The position numbers were made by a program, and so were the translations under genes. The notes beneath the pieces were generated by a model, which searched no databases, was not told where the DNA came from, and saw nothing but the letters and a program-made list of their open reading frames with translations. Source: an uncultured Alphaproteobacteria bacterium (GTDB lineage: Bacteria > Pseudomonadota > Alphaproteobacteria > Rs-D84). Taken from it: 64,000 bases of DNA. Below are positions 8,065 through 18,832 of this stretch, piece by piece (positions within the stretch are counted from its first letter, which is position 1; the number at the start of each line of letters is the position of its first letter). The stretch is taken from positions 275 to 64,274 of the forward strand of contig CAXHMP010000002.1 in assembly GCA_964017835.1 (NCBI GenBank), read 5' to 3'.

Positions 8065-8104
8065 AAAATCCCCCATAAAAAAACGCCCCGATGGGGCGTT
8101 GGTG

Positions 8105-9373
8105 TTAACCATTCATGGCCGAAAAGAAATCGGCGTTTGTTTTTGTTGTTCGCAATTTATCCAGCAGGAATTCCATCGCTTCGAGTGTTCCCATCGGGTT
8201 GATAATGCGCCGCAGGACGTACATCTTGGACAGGATGTCTTTGCCGACCAACAGGTCTTCTTTGCGTGTGCCGGATTTGGTGATATCAATGGCCGGATAG
8301 ACGCGTTTATCCGACAATTTGCGATCCAAGATAATTTCGCTGTTACCGGTTCCTTTGAATTCTTCGAAAATAACTTCGTCCATTTTTGACCCGGTATCGA
8401 CCAAGGCCGTCGCGATGATGGTGAGGCTGCCGCCGCCTTCGATATTACGGGCCGCGCCGAAAAAGCGCTTGGGCCGCTGCAGCGCATAGGCATCGACACC
8501 ACCGGTCAAGACCTTGCCACTGGATGGGACAACCGTGTTGTACGCGCGCCCCAGGCGTGTGATGGAATCCAACAAGATGACGACATCTTGGCCGGCCTCG
8601 ACCAGACGTTTGGCCTTTTCAATAACCATTTCGGCCACCTGGATATGGCGTGCGGCGGGTTCGTCAAATGTCGATGAAATCACTTCGCCATGGACGCTGC
8701 GCTGCATATCGGTCACTTCTTCGGGACGTTCATCAATCAACAGGACGATTAATTTAACATCGGGGTAATTCGTCGCGATGGAATTGGCGATATTTTGCAG
8801 CATCACCGTTTTCCCGGTACGCGGCGGCGCCACAATCAGACTGCGTTGGCCTTTGCCGGTGGGGGCGATTAAATCAATAACACGCGCCGATAATCCGCGG
8901 CCGCGGTCTTTGTCGTTTTCAACCTCCATCTTTAACTGTTCATCGGGATACAGCGGCGTCATATCGTCAAAGGACACGCGATGGCGCAACTTTTCAGGTG
9001 TGTCGCCATTGACGCGTTCGATGGTTTCCAACGCAAAATAGCGTTCGGATTCATTTTGCGGGGCCTGAATCTGGCCTTCGACATAGTCACCCGTTTTCAA
9101 TCCGTATTTTTTAATCAATCCCGGGGCCACATACAAATCATCGGGGCCGGCCAAATAGTTGCTTTCGGGTGCGCGCAGAAAACCGAACCCGTCGGCCATG
9201 CGTTCCAAAACACCGTCCCCGATTAACGTGACCTTTTTATCGGCGGCGTGCGCGCGCAGCACCGCAAAGCGCAATTGTTGGACGTTTAATTGTGACGGGT
9301 TTTCAATCCCCATGTCTTCGGCAATTTTCAATAATTGCTGGGGCGATTTAGCCTTTAATTCATTGACGTGCAT
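8105..9373 (-). CDS. rho: Transcription termination factor Rho
   Basis: 422 aa. N-terminal [20 protein letters not shown], Walker A PPRTGKT, and [10 protein letters not shown] and [24 protein letters not shown] blocks. Confidence 0.97.
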   Translation of the reverse strand: MHVNELKAKSPQQLLKIAEDMGIENPSQLNVQQLRFAVLRAHAADKKVTLIGDGVLERMADGFGFLRAPESNYLAGPDDLYVAPGLIKKYGLKTGDYVEGQIQAPQNESERYFALETIERVNGDTPEKLRHRVSFDDMTPLYPDEQLKMEVENDKDRGRGLSARVIDLIAPTGKGQRSLIVAPPRTGKTVMLQNIANSIATNYPDVKLIVLLIDERPEEVTDMQRSVHGEVISSTFDEPAARHIQVAEMVIEKAKRLVEAGQDVVILLDSITRLGRAYNTVVPSSGKVLTGGVDAYALQRPKRFFGAARNIEGGGSLTIIATALVDTGSKMDEVIFEEFKGTGNSEIILDRKLSDKRVYPAIDITKSGTRKEDLLVGKDILSKMYVLRRIINPMGTLEAMEFLLDKLRTTKTNADFFSAMNG

Positions 9374-9561
9374 AAAAATAATCCTTTGGTGGGAATAGGG
9401 CGCGCGGAACCGCGGCCAATTGATACGCGTGTATTATACGCTATTTCGCCCAAAAAGTCAAGTTTTTAACGCATTCCTTTTGAATGGGGACAATATGTTT
9501 TTTCCTTGCTTTTTATGGCATTTATTGGTCAAATCAAAATATATGAACAAAGGAAGCATAC

Positions 9562-10020
9562 ATGGCAGGCAGCATTAATAAAGTTATACTGGTTGGAAAC
9601 ATCGGTCAAGAACCCCAGGTTCGCACCATGCAAAGCGGGCAAAAGGTCGTCAGCTTTTCATTGGCGACATCGGAACGGTGGCGCGACCGTCAAAGTGGCG
9701 AGCAGAAGGAACAAACCGAATGGCATCGCGTCGTTCTGTTTAATCCGAATTTGGTCGAAGTTGCCGAACGCATGCTGCAAAAAGGAACCAAGTTATATTT
9801 AGAAGGGTCACTGCGCACCCGCAAATGGCAAAATCAACAGGGTGTGGATGTTTATACGACCGAAGTTGTCTTGAATCCGTTTTCCGGCCAGATGGTTATT
9901 CTGGGCGGGGCAAAATCGTTGGATGGGATGTCGGGCGGTGATTATGGAATGTCGGCCCCGGCCGCGGCCCCGCGCGAAGAAATATCGGTTTCGGAAATCG
10001 GTGATGATATTCCGTTCTAA
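9562..10020 (+). CDS. ssb: Single-stranded DNA-binding protein
   Basis: MAGSINKVILVGNIGQEPQVR OB-fold start, TEWHRVV block, acidic C-terminal tail ending DDIPF. Confidence 0.95.
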   Translation: MAGSINKVILVGNIGQEPQVRTMQSGQKVVSFSLATSERWRDRQSGEQKEQTEWHRVVLFNPNLVEVAERMLQKGTKLYLEGSLRTRKWQNQQGVDVYTTEVVLNPFSGQMVILGGAKSLDGMSGGDYGMSAPAAAPREEISVSEIGDDIPF

Positions 10021-10030
10021 GGCCACAAAT

Positions 10031-10062
10031 AAAAATCCCCGATTTTATCGGGGATTTTTTTT
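10031..10062. terminator. Bidirectional intrinsic terminator (ssb / convergent transporter gene)
   Basis: A5-ATCCCCGA-TTTTA-TCGGGGAT-T8. Confidence 0.75.
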
Positions 10063-11244
10063 GTTGATATCACAACTGATACCGATACTGAGCCGTGCCA
10101 CCGGTATGGTCAGCAATACCATCGCCACCAGGTATATGATGACCGCGTTAACCCCGCCGCCCATCAGGCCGATGACCAACAAACCCAACAAATTGACAAT
10201 CCGCCCCAGGTTTAGCGTGCTTTCGCGCGTGATAAAGTATTCAATTTTATGACGGCAATTCAGGGTATTGTAATTGGATCCGTTGGTCATGTTCATTTCC
10301 ATCATTTGGAAAAATATTTTTTCCGCCACGGTGTAAATCAACAGATACGTAATCAGCATTGGTGTGGTCGGCATCGCAAAAAATATCAACGACACCGCCA
10401 CAATGCAAAAATCGGCCAATGCAATCAGGCGTGGAAATCCCGCCGGTGTTAAAAAGCGTCCCAATATAATCCCCATTACAATCATAAACAGCGACTGCAG
10501 GGATTTGACGCCCCCCAGGGCTAAGTCCGTGTGCATAAAATACACAATCAACATGGTCATCATGACGGTAATTCGGTCAAAGGACAGGCCGCGCAAAAAT
10601 TCGGCCCACAGCAGGCGCCGCGTAAAACGGCATTGGCATGCCCGGCGTGCATAGGGACGCAGGCGAACGGGCTGGGTGGATGTTGGCTTGCTTTGCACCG
10701 TAAAGGACACCAGGAAACTAAGCACGGAAAACGGAATCACCAACCACACCATCACCGTGTACGATGATGCCGTAATCAGTGCCCCGATTAACACGGGCAA
10801 CGTCACCTTGGCCAGGTGGCTGACCGATTGGCGGTATCCAGAATACTGGATTAATTGTTGGCGGGTTAATTTTTCACTGATGATATTATGCCATGGCAAA
10901 TTCATGGCCCCATCCGACAGTCCCAAGATTGACGCCACCAAAATGGCCACCGGCATATTTAATTCGCAAATTCCCAAAATGATACAGGCCGCAATGCGTA
11001 ACAAAATACTGATGCGAAAGACATTCATTTTATTTTTGCGCTTGGTCCAATCGCCCACAGCAACAAACCCGGCCCACACCGTTGCCGCCCAAAATATATA
11101 AAACAGGGCGACGCCAACAATTTGATTGTCAAAACTGCGCATGATATACGAAATCAAAAAGGACGACAGAAAGATATCCAGGATTCCATACGATATATTG
11201 ATAACGATTAATTTTGATACAATATTATTCCAAATCTTTTTCAT
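10045..11244 (-). CDS. Polytopic membrane transporter, MFS-like (399 aa)
   Basis: About 12 hydrophobic segments. No finer assignment was possible by eye. Confidence 0.6.
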   Translation of the reverse strand: MKKIWNNIVSKLIVINISYGILDIFLSSFLISYIMRSFDNQIVGVALFYIFWAATVWAGFVAVGDWTKRKNKMNVFRISILLRIAACIILGICELNMPVAILVASILGLSDGAMNLPWHNIISEKLTRQQLIQYSGYRQSVSHLAKVTLPVLIGALITASSYTVMVWLVIPFSVLSFLVSFTVQSKPTSTQPVRLRPYARRACQCRFTRRLLWAEFLRGLSFDRITVMMTMLIVYFMHTDLALGGVKSLQSLFMIVMGIILGRFLTPAGFPRLIALADFCIVAVSLIFFAMPTTPMLITYLLIYTVAEKIFFQMMEMNMTNGSNYNTLNCRHKIEYFITRESTLNLGRIVNLLGLLVIGLMGGGVNAVIIYLVAMVLLTIPVARLSIGISCDINKKNPR

Positions 11245-11307
11245 AGCGTGGGAATTATATCATATTTTATATATCTTGCAATGCTGTGGCGTTGCGCTGG
11301 GGGGCAA

Positions 11308-11332
11308 TTAAAAATCCCCGCGGTGCGGGGAT
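11308..11332 (-). terminator. Intrinsic terminator (- strand)
   Basis: ATCCCCGC-GGT-GCGGGGAT. On the - strand it is followed by TTTTTAATT. Confidence 0.75.
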
Positions 11333-11345
11333 TCATATCGGGTGG

Positions 11346-12974
11346 TTATTCGGCGGGGGTGGGAATAGTTAACATTGCGTTATAGTGGCCCAAGAACCGG
11401 TCGCCGGTGAAACAATATATCTTTTGCAGGGAATCTTTGTATTCGCGCACGGCGGTCACCCAGCGGTCTTCGATATCACTTTGCGCGCCCTGGTACGCGG
11501 TAAAGGCGCCCATGCCTGCCCCGGCGCCGGCCCCAATCAGGGTACCCTGGGTCCGCGCCCGATTGCCAAAGTCAATTAATGACCCGTCATCGGCCTGTTG
11601 CATAATCGGGTTAAAGTCCGATAATTTGTACGATTCGCCATTGGTCATGCGTGCCAGCGGCAATGCCGCGCCCGCATTGCTGCGGCCGTAAATTGTGGCA
11701 TTGGGGTTGTTGTTGCGCCACTTAACCCAATCGCTGCGTTTCATGCCGAATGTTTTATTGGGAACACCCGCCACCATCGCGGGAACAGATTGGTTCATGC
11801 GGCCCGCCGATTCCAGTTTAACCCACGCGCCCTGGGAACTGTCCGACAGGCCCAGCGTCATGGCATTGTCACGCATCGTGTACTGTAAATCCGGATTTTG
11901 AACGATTTTCAAGAATCGGTCTTCGATGGCATCGTCAATCGTTTCGTATTCGGGGAATTTCAACGCGCCCAAATATTCGGTTTTGCAATCCTGCATGGCG
12001 GCGTTGCATACAACCGTCGTGTCGGTATTCAGGTTAATAAAGGCGGTTTCGGTGGATGAAATGGGTGTGGTTGAAGCGACCATTCCCCACAGACAGTTGT
12101 CCTGTCGGCCATCGATTTCACATTCTTCGATGCGCATGACCGCGTTGCCCGTGGCCATTATGTTGCCAATGGTGGCGCCCGCCGCCGCATTAACGCCGGT
12201 TGATAAAATAATGTCACCGCCAACCTTGCCGGCATATGAACTGCCCGCCATCAGGGCCGCCCCCGACAGGGCGCCAATGGCCGTGTTTCGCATTTTGCCT
12301 TTGTCCGTCCCCAGGGCGCTGTCGTGGCCGGCGTCGTTTTTACCTGTAAAATTCCCCACCAGTCCCCCAATCACGGTGCCGGCCGCGATTTTTAAGCCTG
12401 CGTTTTTCTTTTGTTCATCGTTCATGACGCGCTTGACATCGTCAATGGTCGGTTCGTTATCGGCCGGAAATACCGTTTCCAAGGCATTGGGCAGGTATCC
12501 AGATTCAGGAAATTGGGAAATATTGCATGTCACCGTGTCGCCCGCCGCCAGATTGGCCCGTGCCAGGACGACGTCTGTGCCGGTTTTGCTGTCGCGTGTG
12601 CGCATTTCAACAACTGCAACGCATGTGGCCGGTGTGCCGGTTTTCAGTCCCACCGTCGGCGTATCCCAAGCAAATTTGCCATTGGGATAAATGGCGGCGC
12701 ATTTTTCCAACCCATTAATGGTAGTTGGCGCGTTTGCATCGCCCCGCGAAATGGCCGCGGCCACCGTTTTGTTTGCGACGCGTACCGGTAATTCGGGTTC
12801 CGTGGCGGTAACACCGGGTGCGCCAACCGTCTGAACCGTGTTTTGGGCGGTCACCTGGTTATAGGCATCGGCGTAACTGCGCGATAAATTGCCCACACGG
12901 ATGGCGCCCGACGCCATTTGGGGCATGGCGCTTAACATTGCTGGGATGGATAAAAGAACAAAACGCGACATCAT
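11346..12974 (-). CDS. Secreted hypothetical protein (542 aa)
   Basis: N-terminal signal peptide MMSRFVLLSIPAMLSAMPQMASG. Gly/Ala-rich central segments. Family not recognised. Confidence 0.6.
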   Translation of the reverse strand: MMSRFVLLSIPAMLSAMPQMASGAIRVGNLSRSYADAYNQVTAQNTVQTVGAPGVTATEPELPVRVANKTVAAAISRGDANAPTTINGLEKCAAIYPNGKFAWDTPTVGLKTGTPATCVAVVEMRTRDSKTGTDVVLARANLAAGDTVTCNISQFPESGYLPNALETVFPADNEPTIDDVKRVMNDEQKKNAGLKIAAGTVIGGLVGNFTGKNDAGHDSALGTDKGKMRNTAIGALSGAALMAGSSYAGKVGGDIILSTGVNAAAGATIGNIMATGNAVMRIEECEIDGRQDNCLWGMVASTTPISSTETAFINLNTDTTVVCNAAMQDCKTEYLGALKFPEYETIDDAIEDRFLKIVQNPDLQYTMRDNAMTLGLSDSSQGAWVKLESAGRMNQSVPAMVAGVPNKTFGMKRSDWVKWRNNNPNATIYGRSNAGAALPLARMTNGESYKLSDFNPIMQQADDGSLIDFGNRARTQGTLIGAGAGAGMGAFTAYQGAQSDIEDRWVTAVREYKDSLQKIYCFTGDRFLGHYNAMLTIPTPAE

Positions 12975-13025
12975 CGTTGGACGTTTCCTTGGGTCTGTGG
13001 CGCCGCCCCGTCGCGGGGGACGCGA

Positions 13026-14129
13026 TTAAAACTGCAAACGCATGCGCAGCCCGACGTCGACCGTGCTGAGCCGTCCGCTTTCGTACCAATTGGTGTAATG
13101 AAAGACACTGTCATAGGGGGCTTCGTATTCACCACCGGCGCCGTCCCCCAGCCATTCGGTTTGGGATACGATAATACTGCCCGATGTTTTTACTTTGCCC
13201 AGGTTCGAATAACGAACAAAGAAATCCATCTTAATCCCGCCATCCAATTCGGTGGTGATGCCGCCTTCTAGCATAAAGGCCAACTGTTCCGATGTGCCAC
13301 CGTTATGATAGGCGTAAATGTCCGATATTCCCGTTAATTCGCCCGCCGTGGCATAGGCCGGGTCCTTTTCCGAATAGAATGTATTATCATAAACGACATA
13401 GTCCGCCAGTGTGTTCACCGATAACCCAACACCCGCCCCAACGTACGGCCGCAGGGAACCCCCCGCCAAATATCCGGTATAGGCATCAATATTGTAATAG
13501 ACATTCAACATCGTTGCGTTTGCCGTTATGGCGCCGCCGTCAACCGATGCCGCAATGTAATCGCCCGCGCCGTTTGATGTCTGGACCGTTTCGGGATAGG
13601 ATAACCCCCCATAGCGCAAGAATGAAAAGTCTGCACGAAAATCATTATTCAGCGCCGCCCCAACCGAAATCTGTAACGGGATGACCGTGTCGGATTTAAA
13701 GTCGGCGTCCTGGAACGCGCCCGGAACGAAAAAGGCGTTTTGTTCCCCGGCATAATCCGCAGATATCGACCCCATGACCGATGCCGAAAATCCCACCGAT
13801 AAGCCAATATACAGCCCGCTGTCCGCCAGGCGGTCATAATCGGCGGGTTGATAATATTGACGACCGGCGGTTGTGGCCGTTGACCCCACGCGGGGCAGGG
13901 CGCCCGTTATACGTGTGTTTTGGGCCGCGGCGACGGTATTTGTTGTGTTGGGCATCATCACCGGGCGCGGTTGTTGCGCCTGGGTGGCCGGGATGTATTG
14001 CGGGACCATAACGCGTTGTTGGCCGCCGCCCGTTTGATACGACGGATAAACAGGATAGGCCGCGTTCGCCGCACCACCAAAAACCAGTAAAACGCCCGCC
14101 AAAGCGGCAGAAATCTGGATGCTTTTCAT
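13026..14129 (-). CDS. Outer-membrane beta-barrel protein
   Basis: Signal peptide MKSIQISAALAGVLLVFGGAANA (ATG 14129), alternating beta-strand pattern, C-terminal LRMRLQF. Confidence 0.7.
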   Translation of the reverse strand: MKSIQISAALAGVLLVFGGAANAAYPVYPSYQTGGGQQRVMVPQYIPATQAQQPRPVMMPNTTNTVAAAQNTRITGALPRVGSTATTAGRQYYQPADYDRLADSGLYIGLSVGFSASVMGSISADYAGEQNAFFVPGAFQDADFKSDTVIPLQISVGAALNNDFRADFSFLRYGGLSYPETVQTSNGAGDYIAASVDGGAITANATMLNVYYNIDAYTGYLAGGSLRPYVGAGVGLSVNTLADYVVYDNTFYSEKDPAYATAGELTGISDIYAYHNGGTSEQLAFMLEGGITTELDGGIKMDFFVRYSNLGKVKTSGSIIVSQTEWLGDGAGGEYEAPYDSVFHYTNWYESGRLSTVDVGLRMRLQF

Positions 14130-14236
14130 ATTTTTACCATTTTCAATTGATGGTATTATATCATAAAATGCGCCCAAGAAAAAGAGATATTAATCCCCCC
14201 TATGGCGGTCACGGTCGGGCAAATGCGGTGGCGAAA

Positions 14237-14276
14237 ATAAAAAATCAGACCCAGGGTCCCGGGTCCGATTTTTTTT
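14237..14276 (-). terminator. Intrinsic terminator (hairpin flanked by A-run and T-run)
   Basis: GACCC-AGGGTCCC-GGGTC with T8 on the + side and A-runs on the other. Lies downstream of the 14299 gene on the - strand. Confidence 0.65.
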
Positions 14277-14298
14277 GTCCAATATATGTTGATTTTGC

Positions 14299-15438
14299 CT
14301 AGAATCTGAAATTCAAGCGAACGCCGGCTTCGACTTTGACGTCGGTGCCGTTCTGGGAACGGTCGTGCGCCGTGTCGAATGTGTATTCGCCATACAAAGC
14401 CACCTGGGCGTGGTCGGTCATTTGGGCCGCCACGGACATGCCGACAATGTATTCATCAAACCCGTCGTTCATATCGGCCAATTTCTTTTCCAGTTCGGAT
14501 TTAACCGCGTTCAACTGGGTACCGGCCAATTGAGTGGTGATTTTTTTGATTCCTTGGTCGGCATGATGGTTGTAACGGAACCAGGCACCTGTGGACCAAA
14601 TATCTGTCCATTGATAAAAGACGTTGGCACCGGCGTTAACCTCGGTCGTGGATTTGAATTCCGCCGTGACTTCGCTGGGGGCGTACATGGCCGCCAGAAT
14701 CATGGCTGTGGAATTTGTACCTACAACGGGGGTATTGTTGCCGACAATGCGAATGCGGCTGTTGTCGTCGCCAAAGGTCCGCAGGACTTCGACAAAGGCA
14801 CTGGTGGTTAATTTGTTGTTCCAAACGTGGCCAAATTTGGTCCCAATATGGACACCCCACATCCCGTTGGAATAATTGTCATAGTCAATCACGCCCGACG
14901 CATTTTGCAGCGAATAGGCCGCAATCATGGCCGGAATCTGGGCCGCGGGAATTCCCTGGGCGGCCAGGATTTGTGACAATCCGGCCTGTTCCGCAGGCGA
15001 CAGCGCCTTGCCAGAAATATTATATTGGCCGCGCATTTCACCAACGCCCCCCAGATGCAGGTCCCCGTAAATGTCCCACATAAATCCATTGTTCAGGTTC
15101 AAGACGCGATACGTTGTACCGATACGACCCGCCGACAGACCGGTGCGGCCAATGTCGTTATCGTGCGTGTATTGAACCGACCCGTGAACCGCCCAGCGGT
15201 CCGTGATGCCGAAACCCAGTTCTTCCTGGATACGGATAATCGGAAATTCAACCTTGCCGTCATGGTTTTTATCTTTGTGCGCGCTGGAATCATCGGCGAC
15301 CTTTAACATCAGGCCGTTGGACAATTTCGAATAAAATTCCCGGGCGCCCGGCATATACATCGGGTTTTCCATATTGGTCGCCATCGCAGGCGTGGCCAAA
15401 ACGGATGCGGCGATGACCGCATTAATTGTTTTTTTCAT
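14299..15438 (-). CDS. Outer-membrane beta-barrel protein
   Basis: Signal peptide MKKTINAVIAASVLATPAMA. C-terminal GVRLNFRF. Confidence 0.7.
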   Translation of the reverse strand: MKKTINAVIAASVLATPAMATNMENPMYMPGAREFYSKLSNGLMLKVADDSSAHKDKNHDGKVEFPIIRIQEELGFGITDRWAVHGSVQYTHDNDIGRTGLSAGRIGTTYRVLNLNNGFMWDIYGDLHLGGVGEMRGQYNISGKALSPAEQAGLSQILAAQGIPAAQIPAMIAAYSLQNASGVIDYDNYSNGMWGVHIGTKFGHVWNNKLTTSAFVEVLRTFGDDNSRIRIVGNNTPVVGTNSTAMILAAMYAPSEVTAEFKSTTEVNAGANVFYQWTDIWSTGAWFRYNHHADQGIKKITTQLAGTQLNAVKSELEKKLADMNDGFDEYIVGMSVAAQMTDHAQVALYGEYTFDTAHDRSQNGTDVKVEAGVRLNFRF

Positions 15439-15635
15439 CCATTTACTCCTTTGTATTCCAGATGAAAGAACCAGCCCCCATTATTGGCAAGACCGGTCGT
15501 CACACCCATGCCACCCATTATTGGCAACAGCACGTTTTTATGGTGCAACGGTTCCTAGCATGCCTGTTAATGGGAATAAAGTCAAAAAATCTTTTATCTT
15601 GACAGATGGGAAAAAATACCCTAAGGCCCAACAAG

Positions 15636-15664
15636 AAAAATAAAAACGCCGGATTTCCGGCGTT
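15636..15664 (-). terminator. Intrinsic terminator after glyQS
   Basis: AACGCCGG-ATTT-CCGGCGTT. On the - strand it is followed by TTTTTATTTTT. Confidence 0.8.
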
Positions 15665-15668
15665 TTTG

Positions 15669-17045
15669 TTATGCGTTGATGATTTCCATCAGGCGTTTTG
15701 GGACATCTGTCACCGGAATTCTTTCCTGGGCCATGGTGTCGCGATGACGCAGGGTGACGGTGTTATCTTCCATCGTTTGGTGGTCAACCGTGATGCAGAC
15801 GGGCGTGCCGATTTCGTCGTGACGGCGGTAATTTTTGCCGATGTTGCCCGAATTTTCCAATTCAATGCGACCCATGCCCAATCTGCGCAATTTGGCCACA
15901 ATGTCATTGGATATGGTCAATAATTCCGGCACATTGCGCGCCAGGGGGATAACCGCCGCCTTGACCGGGGCCAGACGCGGCTTTAATTTCAACACAACAC
16001 GGGATTTGCCGTCGCCCAAATCTTCGTCCGTATATGCATTCAGCATAACTGCAAACATTGTGCGGTTTACGCCCAACGCCGTTTCAATGACGTATGGGAC
16101 AATCGTTTCGCCCGTCTGGGGGTCGCTGTAGGCCAATTTGGTGGTGCTGTCGCGGTTTTCCATGACATTGGCCGTGATGTTTAATTCACCTTGGCCCTTG
16201 GTATGGGACCCCAGGTCAAAGTCCTGGCGGTTGTGAATACCTTCGACTTCGTCAAAGCCGTCGGGGAATTCGTATTCGATGTCGCCCGCGGCCTTGGCAT
16301 AATGGGCCAATTTTTCATGCGGGGTAAAGCGCAATTTTTCCGCCGGAATCCCCAGGACGTTAATCCACCACGCCATGCGCGCGTCGCGCCACATGTTGAA
16401 ATACTGCTCATCGTCGCCCGGACGCACAAAGTATTGCATTTCCGCCTGTTCAAATTCGCGCATGCGGAATACAAAGCCGCGGGGCGAGATTTCATTACGG
16501 AACGCCTTGCCAATCTGGGCAATGCCAAAGGGCAGTTTGTGCGGTTTCGAATCCAGCACGTTTTTAAAGTTTGTATAGGTCGTGGTTGCCGTTTCCGGGC
16601 GCAGGTATGCGTTGATTTCACCGTCGGCCGTCGCCCCAATCGACAGCCCCATCATCAGCATATAGGGCCGCGGGTCCGTTAAATCGGTCGAGCCACAGTT
16701 GTCGCATTTTGTGGAATCCTGCATTTTATCCTGGCGCATGCGGGCGCCGCATTTCTTGCATTCGACCAGCGGGTCTGAAAAGCATCCCTCGTGGCCGGAA
16801 TATTTCCACAATAGTCGATTTGTAATCAGCGCGGCATCCAATCCTTCGATATCATCGCGGGAATAAATCATCGTGTTCCACCAGGCATCACGGATATTCT
16901 TCATCAATTCAACGCCATACGGGCCGTAATCATATGCACCGCCCAGACCCCCGTAAATTTCAGATCCGGTGAATATAAACCCGCGCCGTTTGCATAGTGC
17001 GATGACATCATTGACTGTTTTTGCTGGCATAATCATAAACCCCAT
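15669..17045 (-). CDS. glyQS: Glycine--tRNA ligase (single-chain dimeric GlyQS type)
   Basis: RRGFIFTGSEIYGGLGGAYDYGPYG, GKAFRNEISPRGFVFRMREFEQAEMQYF and a C-terminal anticodon-binding region. The start could be one of the internal Met codons at aa 4 or 6. Confidence 0.93.
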   Translation of the reverse strand: MGFMIMPAKTVNDVIALCKRRGFIFTGSEIYGGLGGAYDYGPYGVELMKNIRDAWWNTMIYSRDDIEGLDAALITNRLLWKYSGHEGCFSDPLVECKKCGARMRQDKMQDSTKCDNCGSTDLTDPRPYMLMMGLSIGATADGEINAYLRPETATTTYTNFKNVLDSKPHKLPFGIAQIGKAFRNEISPRGFVFRMREFEQAEMQYFVRPGDDEQYFNMWRDARMAWWINVLGIPAEKLRFTPHEKLAHYAKAAGDIEYEFPDGFDEVEGIHNRQDFDLGSHTKGQGELNITANVMENRDSTTKLAYSDPQTGETIVPYVIETALGVNRTMFAVMLNAYTDEDLGDGKSRVVLKLKPRLAPVKAAVIPLARNVPELLTISNDIVAKLRRLGMGRIELENSGNIGKNYRRHDEIGTPVCITVDHQTMEDNTVTLRHRDTMAQERIPVTDVPKRLMEIINA

Positions 17046-17116
17046 ATATTTAAATTAAGATGTTGCATATATTATATCTATGATTATTATTTTGCAATAA
17101 GTAAAGAAAAAATATA

Positions 17117-17144
17117 TTGACAAATTTTAAAATTTGTATATATT
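17117..17144 (+). promoter_or_regulatory. Putative promoter TTGACA-16 nt-TATATT with an 18-bp perfect palindrome in the spacer
   Basis: TTGACA at 17117-17122 and TATATT at 17139-17144. The palindrome ACAAATTTTAAAATTTGT (17120-17137) overlaps the -35 and the spacer. Confidence 0.45.
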
Positions 17145-17179
17145 AAGGGTGTGAAAGAAAAAAATTAGGGGATTAAAGA

Positions 17180-18829
17180 ATGGTAACGATGAGTTTTTTG
17201 CAGGCGATTGATGTGCTGGGCTTGGAATTGACCGCGACCCAGTCAGAAGTTCGTGCAAGATATATTAAATTGGCCAAACAATATCACCCGGATTGTAATA
17301 ACGACTCGGTTGATGCCAAAATAAACATGCAGGAAATCAACGAGGCCAAGCGGGTTCTTGATGAATGCTTTGCCGCGCAACAGCGCGAAGCGGAACGTCG
17401 CAAGGAAGCCCAAAATCAGGAATGGCAGCGTCAGCAGTACGCCAAGTACCAAGAAGAAACGGCCGAAGATGCTGAAATCGCGGCCCGTCGTGCGCGCGCC
17501 GAAGCCGCCGCCAAGAAAGCCGCCGCAGAAGAAGAAAAACGTCAAAAGCAGGCCGAGGCCGAACGCCAGGAATTTGTTAAACAACAGGCCGAACGTCAAC
17601 GTGCCGAAGCGGCCGCCCGTCGGGCGCGTGCCGAGGCCGAGAAAAAAGCGCGCGAAGATGAAATTCGTCGCATCGCCGCCGAAGCAGCCAAAAAAGCCGC
17701 TGCGGAAAAAGCAGCAAAAGAGGCCGCAGAAAAAGCCATGCGTGACGCCGCCGAGGCAGAACGCATCAAAAAATCCAACGAAGATTTTTTGCGTCAACAG
17801 GCCGAAGTTCGTCGCCAAGCCCAGGAAGAAGAAAAACAGCGCAAGGCCGAAGAAGCCGAGATGTTCGAACGCAAAAAACAGCGTGACGCGGCCTTTAAAA
17901 ATGCGTCTAAATCGCCGTTCGAACTGGAAATGGAGGCCCGTATCCAGCGTGAAAACAGCATTCGCGAACATCTGGAATACTTGGAACAGATGGCGCGTAA
18001 TGCCAATTCAATCTTGGTTCGTGAAACCAGTGCGATGATTGATTTGAAATACATGGTGCCGCGCCCCAAGGATTACAAAAGCCAATTGGCCATGAAAAAG
18101 AAATGTATCGATTTGGCCAAACGTCATTTAAAGTTGGTCCAGGAAAGATTGGATAATGCCAAAAAATTGGCGTCGCGTGGTCGTCTGGACCCCGTGGTTG
18201 AACAGGCGGCATGGGATGTCAAAATGAAAAAGAAAAGCACGGTTTATAACCGGCCCCAGTTCAATGCCAACGACCACCACAATCAGAATCAGGGGACAGT
18301 CAACAATGCCGGCGTGCATGCCGCCTTTGGCGCGCGGCCAGCGGCCCAACCGCAACAGGAACAATGCCAGGCCGCCTTTGGCGCGCAACAGGCCGCGTTT
18401 GTTGGCGAACGTGAACAAGTTGCGGGTCAGGACAAAGTTCGCGAAGAAAAAGCCAAGGCTAAAATGAAAAAAATGACCCTGGATGACTTGTTCAAAAATT
18501 TATCGTGGTGCCAAAAGAATGGAAAACTGAGTCAGAAACAAAATGACGAAGTAACCAAGATTTTGAAAACAATCAAGACCGCCAAATCTTTGTCGCGTAT
18601 TGCATACACCGGTGTGGCTGGGACAGTGTTGGCGGCAATGGTGGCATTCTTGGGCGATATGGTTCAATCGCTGGATCCGGAAATCATTCAGATGATTGCT
18701 GGGGCCTCGATGACGGGTTTGGGGGCCGCTGCAATGGGGGTTATCTATTGGGCCGAACGCAAAAGTAAATTGGCGTTTGCCACTGCGGGGACGTTCTTTA
18801 GATTCACGTCGGGACATCAAAGAGGATAA
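17180..18829 (+). CDS. J-domain (DnaJ-like) protein with long charged coiled-coil and C-terminal membrane segments (549 aa)
   Basis: J-domain VLGLELTATQSEVRARYIKLAKQYHPDCNN with the HPD motif. Long KAAAE/RRARAEAE low-complexity region. C-terminal hydrophobic helices. Confidence 0.75.
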   Translation: MVTMSFLQAIDVLGLELTATQSEVRARYIKLAKQYHPDCNNDSVDAKINMQEINEAKRVLDECFAAQQREAERRKEAQNQEWQRQQYAKYQEETAEDAEIAARRARAEAAAKKAAAEEEKRQKQAEAERQEFVKQQAERQRAEAAARRARAEAEKKAREDEIRRIAAEAAKKAAAEKAAKEAAEKAMRDAAEAERIKKSNEDFLRQQAEVRRQAQEEEKQRKAEEAEMFERKKQRDAAFKNASKSPFELEMEARIQRENSIREHLEYLEQMARNANSILVRETSAMIDLKYMVPRPKDYKSQLAMKKKCIDLAKRHLKLVQERLDNAKKLASRGRLDPVVEQAAWDVKMKKKSTVYNRPQFNANDHHNQNQGTVNNAGVHAAFGARPAAQPQQEQCQAAFGAQQAAFVGEREQVAGQDKVREEKAKAKMKKMTLDDLFKNLSWCQKNGKLSQKQNDEVTKILKTIKTAKSLSRIAYTGVAGTVLAAMVAFLGDMVQSLDPEIIQMIAGASMTGLGAAAMGVIYWAERKSKLAFATAGTFFRFTSGHQRG

Positions 18830-18832
18830 GTT

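Noticed and set aside
11926-12690. 254-aa + strand ORF antisense to the 542-aa secreted-protein gene, plus other antisense ORFs in 12411-12826
   Set aside because: These are GC-rich antisense frames without start signals. The - strand ORF has a signal peptide, a terminator and a coherent length.
17243-18038. Long ORFs on both strands (242 aa on -, 226 aa on +) overlapping the J-domain protein gene
   Set aside because: They arise from the GCC/GAA/AAG-rich low-complexity repeat region. Their products are homopolymer-like (F/G/L-rich or K/P/R-rich) with no start context. The J-domain frame is the coding one.
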